Below, in pieces: positions 1 to 9,660 of a stretch of DNA of 64,000 bases. The position numbers and the translations under genes were made by a program. This DNA is from a virus: IMG/VR virus record IMGVR_UViG_3300050494_000042. The stretch is one strand, 5' to 3'. How positions within the stretch are numbered: position 1 is the stretch's first letter; the number at the start of each line of letters is the position of its first letter. Under the pieces are notes generated by a model. It was not told the origin of the DNA, ran no database searches, and saw only the letters and a list, made by a program, of their open reading frames with translations.

Positions 1-1747
1 GATACCCAACCGGCAGACCCGAAATGGTTCGGGGGTATTGTTGGGGATTGCCGTTACCCACGTACTGGGTTGGGGCTTGTGGATTCCCATAATTCGACCT
101 GCCACGCGGAGCCGGACGTCGTCCGTACCGAGAAGCGTTCATTGGCGGTCCGCCACCCCCAGGGAAGGGTGTGTTGGGAGGCATCGGGGCACACGCTGGC
201 CCCCCCGCACCACCCCCCAGCATCTGCTGAAGGACTTGCGTCATTTGGGATGACAGATTGAAAAGTTCTTCCATCGGATTACCACCAGTTGAAGGAGGAG
301 CAGAAGGTCCGGAAGGCATTCCACCGCCCATCTCAGGCGGCATCGGTTCGGGTCCACCTTCCATGCCCCCACCTTGATCGGGAGGACCATCGTAGTCCTC
401 TTCATCGTCTTCGGCGTAGTAGCCGGGGGAACCCCGTCCCCTGCGACCAGAACGAGCGTATCGGCTGTTGGCCATTGGTGGGGCAGGGCCACCACGATTC
501 TGGCGGTCATCCAACATCCGTCCGACGTGTCCCCCCAGTTGTGTTCCGACGCGGCTTCCCACGGCTCGCCCAGCGATAGCTCCGGGGGGGCCACCGAAGT
601 ATCCCCCTGCGGCTCCACCAACCATGCCACCACCGACACCACCCACACCACGACCGATTGTCTCACCCCTGCCCATCGGACGGGGAGGTGTCATCGAACC
701 GGGATTGGCGTAGACGGCTCCGGTGTTCGTGTGTCGGTGCGGAACCGCTTCGGGAGGATTCCCGCCGCGTGGTTGATTGCCGTCCCAATACGCTGTGGAA
801 CGTCCGTAGCGTGCATTGGGTTGCTGGTCGTTGTTCATCATCCCCATCACACCGCCATCCATTCCCGGCATCCCATAAGGAACCGATGGAGGGGCCATGT
901 ACTGTTGGGGATATTGAACCGTCTGAGACGGAGGATATTCCCCGTAACCGGCTGGAACGGACTGGCCTTGCATGTATTCGGGGTACTGAGGAACCGGCTG
1001 CGGCGGAACTGCCGGACCTGTCCATTGTTGGTTCGGATTCATCGGTCGTACATCTCCCAGAGTAAGTCGATACATCGTTGGGATGGGTTGTCCCGATGAC
1101 CGAGCGTAATTGATCTGATTGCGGCGATTGGGAAGGTCACTCGTATAGCTCAGACTGCCTGCATCGGGAAGCCAGGGCTTGTTGTAAAGAGTCGGTGTGC
1201 GTCCCTCGGAATAGGCCACCACACCGAGATCGAGGAACGGGTCGCGGCTCAGGAGAGCTACACCTGTGATTTGCTCGGTGTCGTCGTAGTACTCACTCGA
1301 CCGGTATGGATAGTTCCTCCTGACGGGGAGGAACTGCGGGTCCAGCCACTCGTCCACGACGATGGCGGGTTCCCCGGAAGGACCGAAACGTTGCACCCGT
1401 GCGTTGCGGTAGAAGCCTGCAAGAGGGGGTTGGTGTGTTTCCGGCTTACCCGGTTCGGTGTGCCCCAGCGTCATCCGAATTGGAACGCCACCTTGACGTT
1501 CCATCCGTTGCATGTTCTGAGCAATCCGATGGAGCTTGGGAAGATCAACCGAAATGAGTTTCTTGGTATTCGGGTCTTCCCGCTGGTGAGGCTTAAATAT
1601 GGGCACCCCCTCAATCCTGGCCCATTTTGATGCATCATTTAGCCTTTGACTGAACGTTGCGGTGGCATCAGGACCATATGGTATTTCCTGAACCGAAGGA
1701 TCAGCAACGGGGGATACCGAGTTGTCGTAGAAAGTTGGACGTCTCAT
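1..1747 (-). CDS. Putative prohead protease/scaffold protein (Mu gp32-like N-terminal domain plus a long P/G/Q-rich tail); runs off the left edge
   Basis: Absent from the ORF track because it has no stop in the window. My translation from ATG 1747 (ATGA overlap with the HNH stop) stays open: MRRPTFYDNSVSPVADPSVQEIPYGPDATATFSQRLNDASKWARIEGVPIF...GVPIRMTLGHTEP...NYPYRSSEYYDDTEQITGVALLSRDPFLDL. This resembles Mu-like prohead proteases, and it sits near the portal gene. Confidence 0.5.
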   Translation of the reverse strand, partial: MRRPTFYDNSVSPVADPSVQEIPYGPDATATFSQRLNDASKWARIEGVPIFKPHQREDPNTKKLISVDLPKLHRIAQNMQRMERQGGVPIRMTLGHTEPGKPETHQPPLAGFYRNARVQRFGPSGEPAIVVDEWLDPQFLPVRRNYPYRSSEYYDDTEQITGVALLSRDPFLDLGVVAYSEGRTPTLYNKPWLPDAGSLSYTSDLPNRRNQINYARSSGQPIPTMYRLTLGDVRPMNPNQQWTGPAVPPQPVPQYPEYMQGQSVPAGYGEYPPSQTVQYPQQYMAPPSVPYGMPGMDGGVMGMMNNDQQPNARYGRSTAYWDGNQPRGGNPPEAVPHRHTNTGAVYANPGSMTPPRPMGRGETIGRGVGGVGGGMVGGAAGGYFGGPPGAIAGRAVGSRVGTQLGGHVGRMLDDRQNRGGPAPPMANSRYARSGRRGRGSPGYYAEDDEEDYDGPPDQGGGMEGGPEPMPPEMGGGMPSGPSAPPSTGGNPMEELFNLSSQMTQVLQQMLGGGAGGPACAPMPPNTPFPGGGGPPMNASRYGRRPAPRGRSNYGNPQAPTQYVGNGNPQQYPRTISGLPVGY

Positions 1748-2370
1748 GCTGGTGCCCTCCTACGAGACTGCACCTTTTGCGTCATCATTCTCTCCAAAGT
1801 CCACCCACGACGAAGACGATTCATAAACGTGTTGAAGTTAATCCCCAACTCCCTCGCCCAAAGCACTGCACACTGCGTCTTGTCGTTGTACGTGATCATT
1901 ACACTACGTCTTGTGTGACACAGTTGTTCCGAATCAGTCGACCACTTGCAGTTTCCCGGCTCGTAATTGCCGTCATTATTGACTCGATCAATTGAATGTT
2001 CAAGGGAAGGACGTTCCCCCATATCTGCCCTGAAATTCTCGAATGTCAGCCACCGCTCGCAGACAGTGATCCCACGTCCCCCGTAGTTCTTGTAGCCTGG
2101 ATTCTTCGGATTCGTGCAACGCTGGATCATCCCCTCCCAGACTGCGTATTCTGGTGAATTCACCTGTCCGTGGATTGTCCCCCACAGATTTTCCTTATTC
2201 CGTCGAGCAGTATTCTCTGAGTTGTAATGTCCACACGAAACCGTCAGGCCGCGACGGATGCTGTAATCGTAGATCTCCTTCTGTTTTCCACACTCGCACT
2301 GGTAAATGCCGTAATACGGCTTGCTGCCGTTGCCAACACGTGTGAGTTGGTTACGCTTAACAGTAGACAT
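1744..2370 (-). CDS. HNH homing endonuclease (free-standing)
   Basis: CQCECG, RCTNPKNPGYKNYGGRGITVCERW, IDRVNNDGNYEPGNCKW and a C-terminal HTH-like RLRRGW. RBS AAGGAG precedes ATG 2370; the ORF is also open in frame from 2598. Confidence 0.85.
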   Translation of the reverse strand: MSTVKRNQLTRVGNGSKPYYGIYQCECGKQKEIYDYSIRRGLTVSCGHYNSENTARRNKENLWGTIHGQVNSPEYAVWEGMIQRCTNPKNPGYKNYGGRGITVCERWLTFENFRADMGERPSLEHSIDRVNNDGNYEPGNCKWSTDSEQLCHTRRSVMITYNDKTQCAVLWARELGINFNTFMNRLRRGWTLERMMTQKVQSRRRAPA

Positions 2371-2451
2371 CGTTTGCTCCTTGAAAGCAATGGTGTTCAG
2401 AAGCACGCTAGGGGTGGCACCCTGGCGTGTTTCGTTTGGAGAGGATAAAAC

Positions 2452-2598
2452 CCATTTGGCAGGATCGTTCATCTTCTGAGAGAATTCCGCCGTCGCATCC
2501 GGTCCGTAGGGGATCTCGTCGTGCTGTCCTTGAGGTTGTGCAGCAGGCACACCGGGGGAGACTAAACCAGAAGTGTCATAGAATGTGGGACGTCGCAT
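2452..2598 (-). pseudogene. Displaced duplicate of the 5' end of the protease gene, in frame with the HNH ORF
   Basis: MRRPTFYD...EIPYGPDATAEFSQKMNDPAKW versus MRRPTFYD...EIPYGPDATATFSQRLNDASKW starting at 1747. Confidence 0.7.
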
Positions 2599-2621
2599 TG
2601 TTCCGGTCTTGTATTTGACCG

Positions 2622-2667
2622 GAACCAGGGGGCAATGCTGAACCAGGAAGGCAAAGCCCCCTGGTTC
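2622..2667. repeat. Perfect 12-bp inverted repeat upstream of the HNH/protease unit
   Basis: GAACCAGGGGGC (2622-2633) ... GCCCCCTGGTTC (2656-2667). Confidence 0.7.
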
Positions 2668-2716
2668 TCAGTCGAGTCGGGTAGCTACTCCCGCCCCTTT
2701 TCTTCGCACTAGAATA

Positions 2717-2745
2717 ACGCTACGGCAAGGACTTACGTAAAGCAA
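2717..2745 (-). promoter_or_regulatory. Sigma70-like promoter
   Basis: TTGCTT-N17-TAGCGT. Confidence 0.45.
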
Positions 2746-2809
2746 TCGAAATATTACAGAATTTTTGCCACCAGGAACTGTGTTTGCCGGAAATGTAATG
2801 TATGCTTGT

Positions 2810-2845
2810 GCAGACACCCCACTGCAACGGGTTAGTAGTTGCAAC
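2810..2845 (+). repeat. Solitary CRISPR repeat, plus-strand copy
   Basis: GCAGACACCCCACTGCAACGGGTTAGTAGTTGCAAC, 25 nt before the ATG of a plus-strand ORF. It is the exact reverse complement of 30601-30636. Confidence 0.9.
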
Positions 2846-2870
2846 CGTACTCCCAGCCCCGAAACTCACT

Positions 2871-3104
2871 ATGCAATACATCACTGTTCACGAAATTCGA
2901 GGAGGGGAGGACACCATAGCAGGAACTATTTCCTTCGACGGAAGGCACCTGATCCCCAACCCACCCCATGACCCTGTCCTGATTCGGTTGATTGAGGATG
3001 TTCAGGGATCTCCTTACCCCCTTGATGATTTACACGCCAAGTTCCGGGGAATCTACCTTCATACATCCCCACCCCAGAACGTCGAGAATGTCCAGCCTGC
3101 TTAG
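2871..3104 (+). CDS. Hypothetical protein (77 aa)
   Basis: MQYITVHEIRGG... begins just downstream of the solitary repeat and converges on the kinase-domain gene. Confidence 0.55.
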   Translation: MQYITVHEIRGGEDTIAGTISFDGRHLIPNPPHDPVLIRLIEDVQGSPYPLDDLHAKFRGIYLHTSPPQNVENVQPA

Positions 3105-4948
3105 GTCGGGTACGCCAAATGTGCCACGTAGTGATGCCGTCCTGACATGACGTTATCGTATCGTCTCTTGACGTGACCAATCGCTTCCGGCTCAATTCCG
3201 TGATGGTGCAATTCCGATTCAATCTCTGGCCACTTTCCCGCCAATGGGGTCAGATCCGGCATCCGCAAGCGATTTTGGGCAGCGTGATCTAAGATTTCCC
3301 TGTTCGTGTGGTTATCTTCCGCCTCGTCATCGGTCGGGAACGACAAGCCGTGATCGATCAGGACCAACTTGCCTTGCGGGGACACCAACCAGTTCCCCAT
3401 ATGCCTATCGGTGTTGCCAATCAAGTAATCGAATACTGCTGCCCGTGCCGCGTCGGTGTCCCCATCGTACTCGCTTCCTCGTGGTGCTCGGAAAGCGACC
3501 TGACCGTCCATGAACTGCTGAATCGATCCAATCTCGCCGTTGTGGTTCCGAACCGTCGTTGGGGGGACTAGGTCATGCATTCCAATGACGTCTGCCAGGG
3601 CTGATGCGGCAGCTTCCCTTCGGTAATGCGTTCCAGGCTGAATAGCTGACCGCAGAGGATGTTCCCCGTTGCTCGGCTTGAAGACACCCTTCATTCCCCC
3701 TGAAAGGTGAAGCAGACGCACTTCCTTCGGATCTTTGTGACCGATGGAGGATTCCTGCTCCGCGTTCAGTTGGGAGAGCATTTCCTTCTCGGGACTCAGT
3801 GGACGTCCGGATGTCGTTTGTGTGGGCTGGACGTTCTGTGGCGTGGTGGAGACGAGATTACGGAAGATATCCCCGTGGGGGTCTTCATCGTGCGATGGTG
3901 ACGCTCCCAGTGCCCTGACCGTGTGAGCGTACTCGGGTCCGGACAGGGAACCCAAGTACGATTCGAGGTAGTGCTTGAAGTTAGGCTTGCGGGCTGCATC
4001 CTGAATGTTCTGAACGTGTTGGGGGACGTTGGTGGGCTGGGAATCAGGTGGAGCATCATCGTATCGACTCGCTGCGAAGAAGTCCTCTGGGATGGTTTCA
4101 TTGGGACGCCAATCGACTTGGTCGGGTTCGTACTCTAACTTGTGCAAATTCCACTGATTCTGACCGCTTGGCTGGTGTGCAAAATCTGCCTCCGGGTGAT
4201 CCAAAAAAGCAATCCTTCCATTTCCCGCGAAACCATTGTTGGAAGCCCATCTTTTCCAAGAGTCGTGCAGCATTCCCACACTCACCTCGGGATGATTCCC
4301 GATTACAGACCCAAAATGCTTTCGGAGCCAGGCCTGACGTCCCATCAGTGCAGGTAGACTTTCCGCAGGAACATCCCTAGCTACAACTCGATGAGTCAGA
4401 GGACTCGAATATTCCAATCGGGAATAACGTGAGTATCCCCACTCTTCGGAATCAGGCACAGGATAGTTCGGTTGGGGCTGAACAGGCTGTTGTGGGGGGA
4501 CGTAAATTCCTGGTGCGGGTGGATTGTAAATCCGCTTCTTGGGTGCGTAAATCGGCTGATTGGTGGGCTGCACGGGTGGAGGAAGTTCACAGTCGTCGTA
4601 GAGGCTTAATTGTTCCGGAGGTTGTGCCAGTGACCAGAACTCAGCTTTAGGTCCACTCCCACCCGCACGATTACTTCTCCTGTCCACTGTGAAATGTCCT
4701 TGATTCAGTCCGTGGGACAGAGCCGCGTCGAGTGACGGACCCCATAGTCGAATCTTCTGAACGAGAGCTTTCTTGGTGAGTTCCCCGTGATTGGCAAGCG
4801 TCTGGTGAACCAGGGAAAACACTTCCTCCGGTGTCTTCTGTGCCCGATTGGTGACGTATCGTTTCTGAGCCGCAGCCCCCTGCTGACGCCGACGCTGATC
4901 CAAGAACGCTTGGACTTCGGGTGTCACGACTTTTCGGGGAGTGGGCAC
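3101..4948 (-). CDS. Multi-domain protein with a C-terminal PI3/4-kinase-like (HipA-like) domain
   Basis: GVFKP, REAAASALAD, LVPPT, GSIQQF, FDYLIGNTDRHMGNWL, IDHGLSFP. Confidence 0.75.
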   Translation of the reverse strand: MPTPRKVVTPEVQAFLDQRRRQQGAAAQKRYVTNRAQKTPEEVFSLVHQTLANHGELTKKALVQKIRLWGPSLDAALSHGLNQGHFTVDRRSNRAGGSGPKAEFWSLAQPPEQLSLYDDCELPPPVQPTNQPIYAPKKRIYNPPAPGIYVPPQQPVQPQPNYPVPDSEEWGYSRYSRLEYSSPLTHRVVARDVPAESLPALMGRQAWLRKHFGSVIGNHPEVSVGMLHDSWKRWASNNGFAGNGRIAFLDHPEADFAHQPSGQNQWNLHKLEYEPDQVDWRPNETIPEDFFAASRYDDAPPDSQPTNVPQHVQNIQDAARKPNFKHYLESYLGSLSGPEYAHTVRALGASPSHDEDPHGDIFRNLVSTTPQNVQPTQTTSGRPLSPEKEMLSQLNAEQESSIGHKDPKEVRLLHLSGGMKGVFKPSNGEHPLRSAIQPGTHYRREAAASALADVIGMHDLVPPTTVRNHNGEIGSIQQFMDGQVAFRAPRGSEYDGDTDAARAAVFDYLIGNTDRHMGNWLVSPQGKLVLIDHGLSFPTDDEAEDNHTNREILDHAAQNRLRMPDLTPLAGKWPEIESELHHHGIEPEAIGHVKRRYDNVMSGRHHYVAHLAYPT

Positions 4949-4956
4949 GGATTACC

Positions 4957-5652
4957 TCAACTCGGAATTTGCTGAACAGGAACAGGCTCCTCATAAGGAG
5001 CATTGCGGAGTCTTTGAATCATCTGCTCATAGTTCTGCCAATCGTGGTCACCCCAATCTTCTGGATCACCGTGCATATCAACTGAATTGACGACTTCATT
5101 AGCCAGGTGATTCCCCAAATTCGACAGATGCACGTCTGCGTGGTAGTGGGGTTCGGTCCCGCTTGTATCTGCCGTCACAACACGCAGGTGATTACGTGGA
5201 ATTTTCTTTCGATACGCTTCTGGTTCCACCATGTCTTCAGGACGAAAGTTTCCCCTCATTCGATTGTTCATGATATGCAATTCCGGGAACACTCCCGGCT
5301 GATCGATATTCTGGTCAATGTGATCGAGAGCGTTCTCGATGTGCTCGGCAGTGAAGCGTCCTGGAACAATCCGCCCTTCATGCAAAATAACGTGTTGTTT
5401 GGGCTGTCGAAGTAGTGCAGCTTCTTGCCCACGACCCGACTCTTCTAGGGCGTCCGCCAATGGCCCTCGAACCCCGTGAAGTGGCTCGTTCTCACCCCAT
5501 CGGTGGGGGTTATTGTCTGGATGATTCAGTTGCCCCATCATATTGTTGATGGTGTCCTGATCCGCGTACTGGGTTTGCTGGATTGGCACGTCCCCCCGAT
5601 GGCCACGTTGACCGTGAAGGGGACGATGGAAAATGTCCTTGATGATGCCCAC
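4957..5652 (-). CDS. Hypothetical protein with a TIGR02996-like motif
   Basis: 231-aa ORF with LADALEESGRGQEAALLR; start uncertain. Confidence 0.55.
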   Translation of the reverse strand: MGIIKDIFHRPLHGQRGHRGDVPIQQTQYADQDTINNMMGQLNHPDNNPHRWGENEPLHGVRGPLADALEESGRGQEAALLRQPKQHVILHEGRIVPGRFTAEHIENALDHIDQNIDQPGVFPELHIMNNRMRGNFRPEDMVEPEAYRKKIPRNHLRVVTADTSGTEPHYHADVHLSNLGNHLANEVVNSVDMHGDPEDWGDHDWQNYEQMIQRLRNAPYEEPVPVQQIPS

Positions 5653-5682
5653 AAAAAACCCTCAACTGCGAGGAAGAGTCTT
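5652..5682 (-). terminator. Possible intrinsic terminator
   Basis: Minus strand CCTC-GCAGTT-GAGG followed by GTTTTTT. Confidence 0.4.
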
Positions 5683-5684
5683 GT

Positions 5685-5770
5685 TTTACTCCTACGAACC
5701 GGGAGTAATCGGTGTATGCCCGGAACAACACTCAGTTGCAACTACGAACCCGTTGCAGTGGGACTTTACC
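5685..5770 (-). repeat. Two-unit mini-array (near-consensus repeat plus variant-C repeat)
   Basis: GGTAAAGTCCCACTGCAACGGGTTCGTAGTTGCAAC (5735-5770, overlapping the upstream stop TAA), a short spacer, then ACACCGATTACTCCCGGTTCGTAGGAG. Confidence 0.8.
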
Positions 5771-6278
5771 CACGCAGATTCTGGTACGCACGCATGGTCG
5801 CTTCCTGAACCCGATCTACCAGTTCCCGCCAGGCGTCGTGATCGTTCTCGATATCGATCCCCGTGTCTCGTGCCAGACCATCCAAATATCCATTGTCATG
5901 CCCTTCATACGGCTCGAAATCCCCTACTGATGTTTGATTGGGATACCACACACCCTGCCGCATCCCACCCGCGATCCCGGCAGCTTCGTTTTCTGAGTTG
6001 GCAGATTGGTCGTCATGAACAATCCCACCACCAACGCGAACGTGATTCCCCAAATGAGTCATCACGGAGCCATTGAGGAATCCACCATGATCCCTCAACT
6101 GCATATTGGCGAGAGCACCATCAATCCGTTTCCATGCCGCCTCGTCGGAGCGTCCGTTCTCGTCTAGCCAATCCGCGTAGACCCAATGACGGGTGGAATC
6201 ATGTGGATTCTCGTCAATAGATCTCTGGAAATCACCATCGGAATGGGAGTAATTCGTGGGCTGCACGTTTGTAGTCAC
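5766..6278 (-). CDS. TIGR02996-domain protein
   Basis: FQRSIDENPHDSTRHWVYADWLDENGR; RBS GAGGAG before GTG 6278. Confidence 0.7.
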   Translation of the reverse strand: MTTNVQPTNYSHSDGDFQRSIDENPHDSTRHWVYADWLDENGRSDEAAWKRIDGALANMQLRDHGGFLNGSVMTHLGNHVRVGGGIVHDDQSANSENEAAGIAGGMRQGVWYPNQTSVGDFEPYEGHDNGYLDGLARDTGIDIENDHDAWRELVDRVQEATMRAYQNLRG

Positions 6279-6299
6279 GATGACTCCTCGTCGGTTGGA

Positions 6300-6364
6300 T
6301 TTGCAGCTACAAACCCACTGCACTGGGATACCCAAACACTACTATACGATTCCCCATTTGGCAA
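6300..6364 (-). promoter_or_regulatory. Promoter immediately followed by a solitary repeat
   Basis: TTGCCA-N17-TAGTGT (6364-6336), then GGTATCCCAGTGCAGTGGGTTTGTAGCTGCAAA (within 6300-6335). Confidence 0.75.
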
Positions 6365-9300
6365 ATACCCGATGTGTCTCCGGGAACTTCTGCTTCAGGG
6401 TTTCCCTTCCGTTGGGGGTCGCATGGGCAAGTCGGAAGGCTTCCCCGAATCCTTCGGTTGGGTCAATGGCAGAATATTCGTTCAAGTTCCCACTCTTGAT
6501 TTCCTTGTGCCAGGCTTTCTTCCACTCATCCGATGTCGAGAGTTGGTGGTATCCCCCTTCCTTCCCCGCAGGATGGGACCAATCAAGTGCATGGGCGACT
6601 TCATGGGCCAGGACGCCCATCGGGTCATTTCCCCCCGCGTGGAGGTGAACGTGCCCCACATCCGGGTCGTGGAAGCCGTTGGGGGCTGTGAACTGACTGT
6701 TCGGGTCATCCGCAGCCTGTCCCGTGGCCTTCGTCCAGTGATTCCCCACATGCTCCTGTGACTGATGCGAAACGATGTGACTCAGCCTGCCTTGTCGGAG
6801 TCGTTCGATCACGTTCGGTGAAAAGCTCTTGAGCATGTCGAACGTCTGTCCTGCCAGGTGAGCAGCCTGATCCGGATCTTGGACGTGGTGAACCAGAGCA
6901 TTCGCGATGGAAGACGCGAAGGTATCGTGATTCGTCCAATCGACGGGATGGTGAACGCTGCCAGTGTCTTGTTGCTGCTGGGGCTGTGCGTCATCGTATC
7001 GGGACGCCTGGGTCGGAGGTTGCTGTGTTCCCAGATTCTTGACGTATGCTTGCCGGAACGCTTCCTCCATCGCGTGACGGGATGGCCATGCAAATGTCTG
7101 CGTCGAATCATCCCACCTGCCGTGATGGGGCTTCACCTTGCCGTCTGGGTCGGCCTCCCCGGTCCATGCCCACGTTTCACCGGGGATGTGATATCCAAAG
7201 TTCTCAACTCCTTTTGGGAATCTCCCGTCGTTCGTCCCATAAGCAAAACCCCCCGGTGAGGCGACAACCCACGGTCGATCCGCGAATTCCTGCTGTCGGT
7301 GTCGTGGGATTTTCGGTGGCTTCCAGGTGGAATACCATTCCCCGAGATTCCTTCGGAATTGAGCTTCTTCTGGCTGGCCGTTCTCTTCCAGGAAGTCCGC
7401 GTATGCCCCATGCGTGGTGTATTCGTGGGGATTCTCGTCAATCTTCCGCTCGAAGTCCTCGGCGGTAGGTTCCATGTACATAGCCGGTTTCGGATAACCC
7501 GAGAATCCCGGCTTGCGTGGTGGGGAGTGCTGGAACATCACAGAGCCAGGAATGTATTGCCCCTTCCGGTAGGGTTTGTCACGATACGTCATTGCGACCG
7601 GAGCTTGACGACGCTCGTACCTCGTGAACCCAATCGGCTGTTGGGGTTTCCTCCGATCCTGTCCGAACGACGGAATGAAAGTGTTGTTTCCTCCAGGGAA
7701 ACCCATGTATCGCTGATGACCCAACACGGGACCATTCACCGGGGGAGTCCCTGGTTGCTTCCCTGACGAAAAGAATTGCATTGGAGGGCTGATTCCCCCT
7801 CCTGGCGGAACAGCGTGTCCTGGCATCGGTCCGGGAATCCCCGCAGGGGAGGGAACCTGAGCCAGTTGCATTGGTGGGGCTGTGGGTTGCACGCCCATCA
7901 TCATGCTCGGATCGAGGGGACTTCCAGGAGGAACCGGTCCCTGTCCTGGCATCCCGTCCGGAGGCATCACGGGGGGAAGTTGTCCCATCTGCGGCAATTC
8001 CGGCCCCTGTGGACCCATTTTGGTCACGATGGTGGGTCCACCGGGGAACGCCTGAATGACGACCTCATCCCCCTCTTCTGGTCGGGAGAAATCACCCGCT
8101 TCCATCAGTTCATCGAGCTTGATGTACCCGCCCATGCTCAAGATCAACTTGCCCGACTGGACTTTCTCTTTCTTTTCCAAGTCGGGGAGGATGCTCTTGA
8201 ACCTGACCGGGAACTTTGCCCACGGGAAGTTGTACTTCTTCAGGGGAGCCAGAAGATCGTTAGTCAAAACTTCGTCAAGACGATTGGTGTCATATACTAA
8301 CAACTCATCCTTCGTTGCTCTCGAAAGCTCGGCACGTCCGGTGCCTCCAAGCCCATCCCCCTTATCCGCTCCGGAGGACATGCTCTGACCAACGAACAGC
8401 CTCTCAATGTGTCGGTCGAAGAAGTCCCTCACCAAGTCTTGAAGTGCTTTCAGTCCAGCACTGTTCATCTGGATCTGTTCGACTGCATTCCAGTTCTGGT
8501 CAGGACGACGCGGGCAAACAATTGCAGCTTTCCCAATGATTTTGTTGGCGTTGATTTCTGCCTGGAGCTTCCCGGCTGCGTCCCCTGCGGGGTAATTGAA
8601 AACGAGCAGGTCCATCTGCCCGATGGCCTGCATGTAAGTGATCATCCAGGTCAGGGCGTCGGTACGAAGGACATAGAGCCAGTACACCATTCCCCGCAAA
8701 CCCAATCCCTGAATACTACCCGCTAAGATTCCCTCGAAGAAGTCGGCTGGTTCCCGAACGTGCTGATGGATCACAAACCGTTCTCGCCACTGTTCCCGTT
8801 GAAGGACAAGGGCACATCCACCCCGGTCGGTGTAACGTAGATCCCCGTCCCCCCATGTTTCAGCCTGAATGCCTTTGTCCTTGTCGAAGGATTCCTTCCA
8901 GTCCCCACCCCACTTGGCTCCGTGGTTGGCGTACCAGGAGGTAGTCATCGAATCCATCAAGATCGCGGGGATGCCATCGAAGGTGTACTGGATGGAATCG
9001 CCGTGAACGGGGCTCCACGTCTGGTCTTTGCATCGCTGATTCTTGCCGTAGACCCAGAAGTTGTTGCAGTCAGGATCACGCTGGAAGAATCCCTGCACGG
9101 CGGATCGACCGAACCACACTCCTTGTAGAAGTGACCACTTCAACATCGAGAACTGTGGAGTAGATTCCACGATCTTGGTCATGGAATCCCGAACGTACAT
9201 CTGCTTGCTGTCGCGGTCATCATCGACCTCTATCCTCCAGTCGCGGTTCATTGTCGGTAAAAGTCTCTCCCACAGAAGCCCCCACAGGAACCCATCCCGT

Positions 9301-9542
9301 CGCATGGCCCTGGCATTTACGTAACTGTCACGCATACTCTCATCAAATTTGCTGCTGAACATTCTCTGAGCTGCGTTATATACCGCCTGCACAGCATGAG
9401 ATGGAGGAACTAACAAACGACCATTACCTATCATTGGCGAGCCGTCTGGAAGCGTGAAGTCCTCCAGCTTGAAGTTCTTCCGAGGCGGGACAGCCCTGAA
9501 AACCTCTAAGTCTTTTGCCAGGTCGTCAATGACGGTGGGCAT
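6342..9542 (-). CDS. Portal protein (DUF935/Mu gp29-like) fused to a Pro-rich linker, a TIGR02996 domain and a HEXXH zincin domain
   Basis: N-terminal ~500 aa are portal-like (LLQGVWFGRSAV, RLFVGQSMSS, NDLLAPLKKYNFP). Then FERKIDENPH...YADFLEENG and C-terminal LAHEVAHALD...EGFGEAF. Genomic context is a packaging module. Confidence 0.65.
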   Translation of the reverse strand: MPTVIDDLAKDLEVFRAVPPRKNFKLEDFTLPDGSPMIGNGRLLVPPSHAVQAVYNAAQRMFSSKFDESMRDSYVNARAMRRDGFLWGLLWERLLPTMNRDWRIEVDDDRDSKQMYVRDSMTKIVESTPQFSMLKWSLLQGVWFGRSAVQGFFQRDPDCNNFWVYGKNQRCKDQTWSPVHGDSIQYTFDGIPAILMDSMTTSWYANHGAKWGGDWKESFDKDKGIQAETWGDGDLRYTDRGGCALVLQREQWRERFVIHQHVREPADFFEGILAGSIQGLGLRGMVYWLYVLRTDALTWMITYMQAIGQMDLLVFNYPAGDAAGKLQAEINANKIIGKAAIVCPRRPDQNWNAVEQIQMNSAGLKALQDLVRDFFDRHIERLFVGQSMSSGADKGDGLGGTGRAELSRATKDELLVYDTNRLDEVLTNDLLAPLKKYNFPWAKFPVRFKSILPDLEKKEKVQSGKLILSMGGYIKLDELMEAGDFSRPEEGDEVVIQAFPGGPTIVTKMGPQGPELPQMGQLPPVMPPDGMPGQGPVPPGSPLDPSMMMGVQPTAPPMQLAQVPSPAGIPGPMPGHAVPPGGGISPPMQFFSSGKQPGTPPVNGPVLGHQRYMGFPGGNNTFIPSFGQDRRKPQQPIGFTRYERRQAPVAMTYRDKPYRKGQYIPGSVMFQHSPPRKPGFSGYPKPAMYMEPTAEDFERKIDENPHEYTTHGAYADFLEENGQPEEAQFRRNLGEWYSTWKPPKIPRHRQQEFADRPWVVASPGGFAYGTNDGRFPKGVENFGYHIPGETWAWTGEADPDGKVKPHHGRWDDSTQTFAWPSRHAMEEAFRQAYVKNLGTQQPPTQASRYDDAQPQQQQDTGSVHHPVDWTNHDTFASSIANALVHHVQDPDQAAHLAGQTFDMLKSFSPNVIERLRQGRLSHIVSHQSQEHVGNHWTKATGQAADDPNSQFTAPNGFHDPDVGHVHLHAGGNDPMGVLAHEVAHALDWSHPAGKEGGYHQLSTSDEWKKAWHKEIKSGNLNEYSAIDPTEGFGEAFRLAHATPNGRETLKQKFPETHRVFAKWGIV

Positions 9543-9561
9543 GATGAGTCACTAAATAAGA

Positions 9562-9600
9562 ACAAGCGGGTCGCGGGTTGTGGTCCCGACGCCCGCTTGC
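9562..9600 (-). terminator. Stem-loop after the repeat-flanked cassettes, before the portal gene
   Basis: AAGCGGG...CCCGCTT followed by GTTCTTATTT on the minus strand. Confidence 0.45.
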
Positions 9601-9660
9601 TACGAATTGTACCATCTCGATGTGAAGAAACTACAGAGAAGTGACGTGCTTTCGCTTCTA

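Noticed and set aside
374-1099. Plus-strand ORFs at the left edge and the many plus-strand ORFs opposite long minus-strand genes
   Set aside because: Antisense shadows of real minus-strand genes; no recognisable motifs or RBS.
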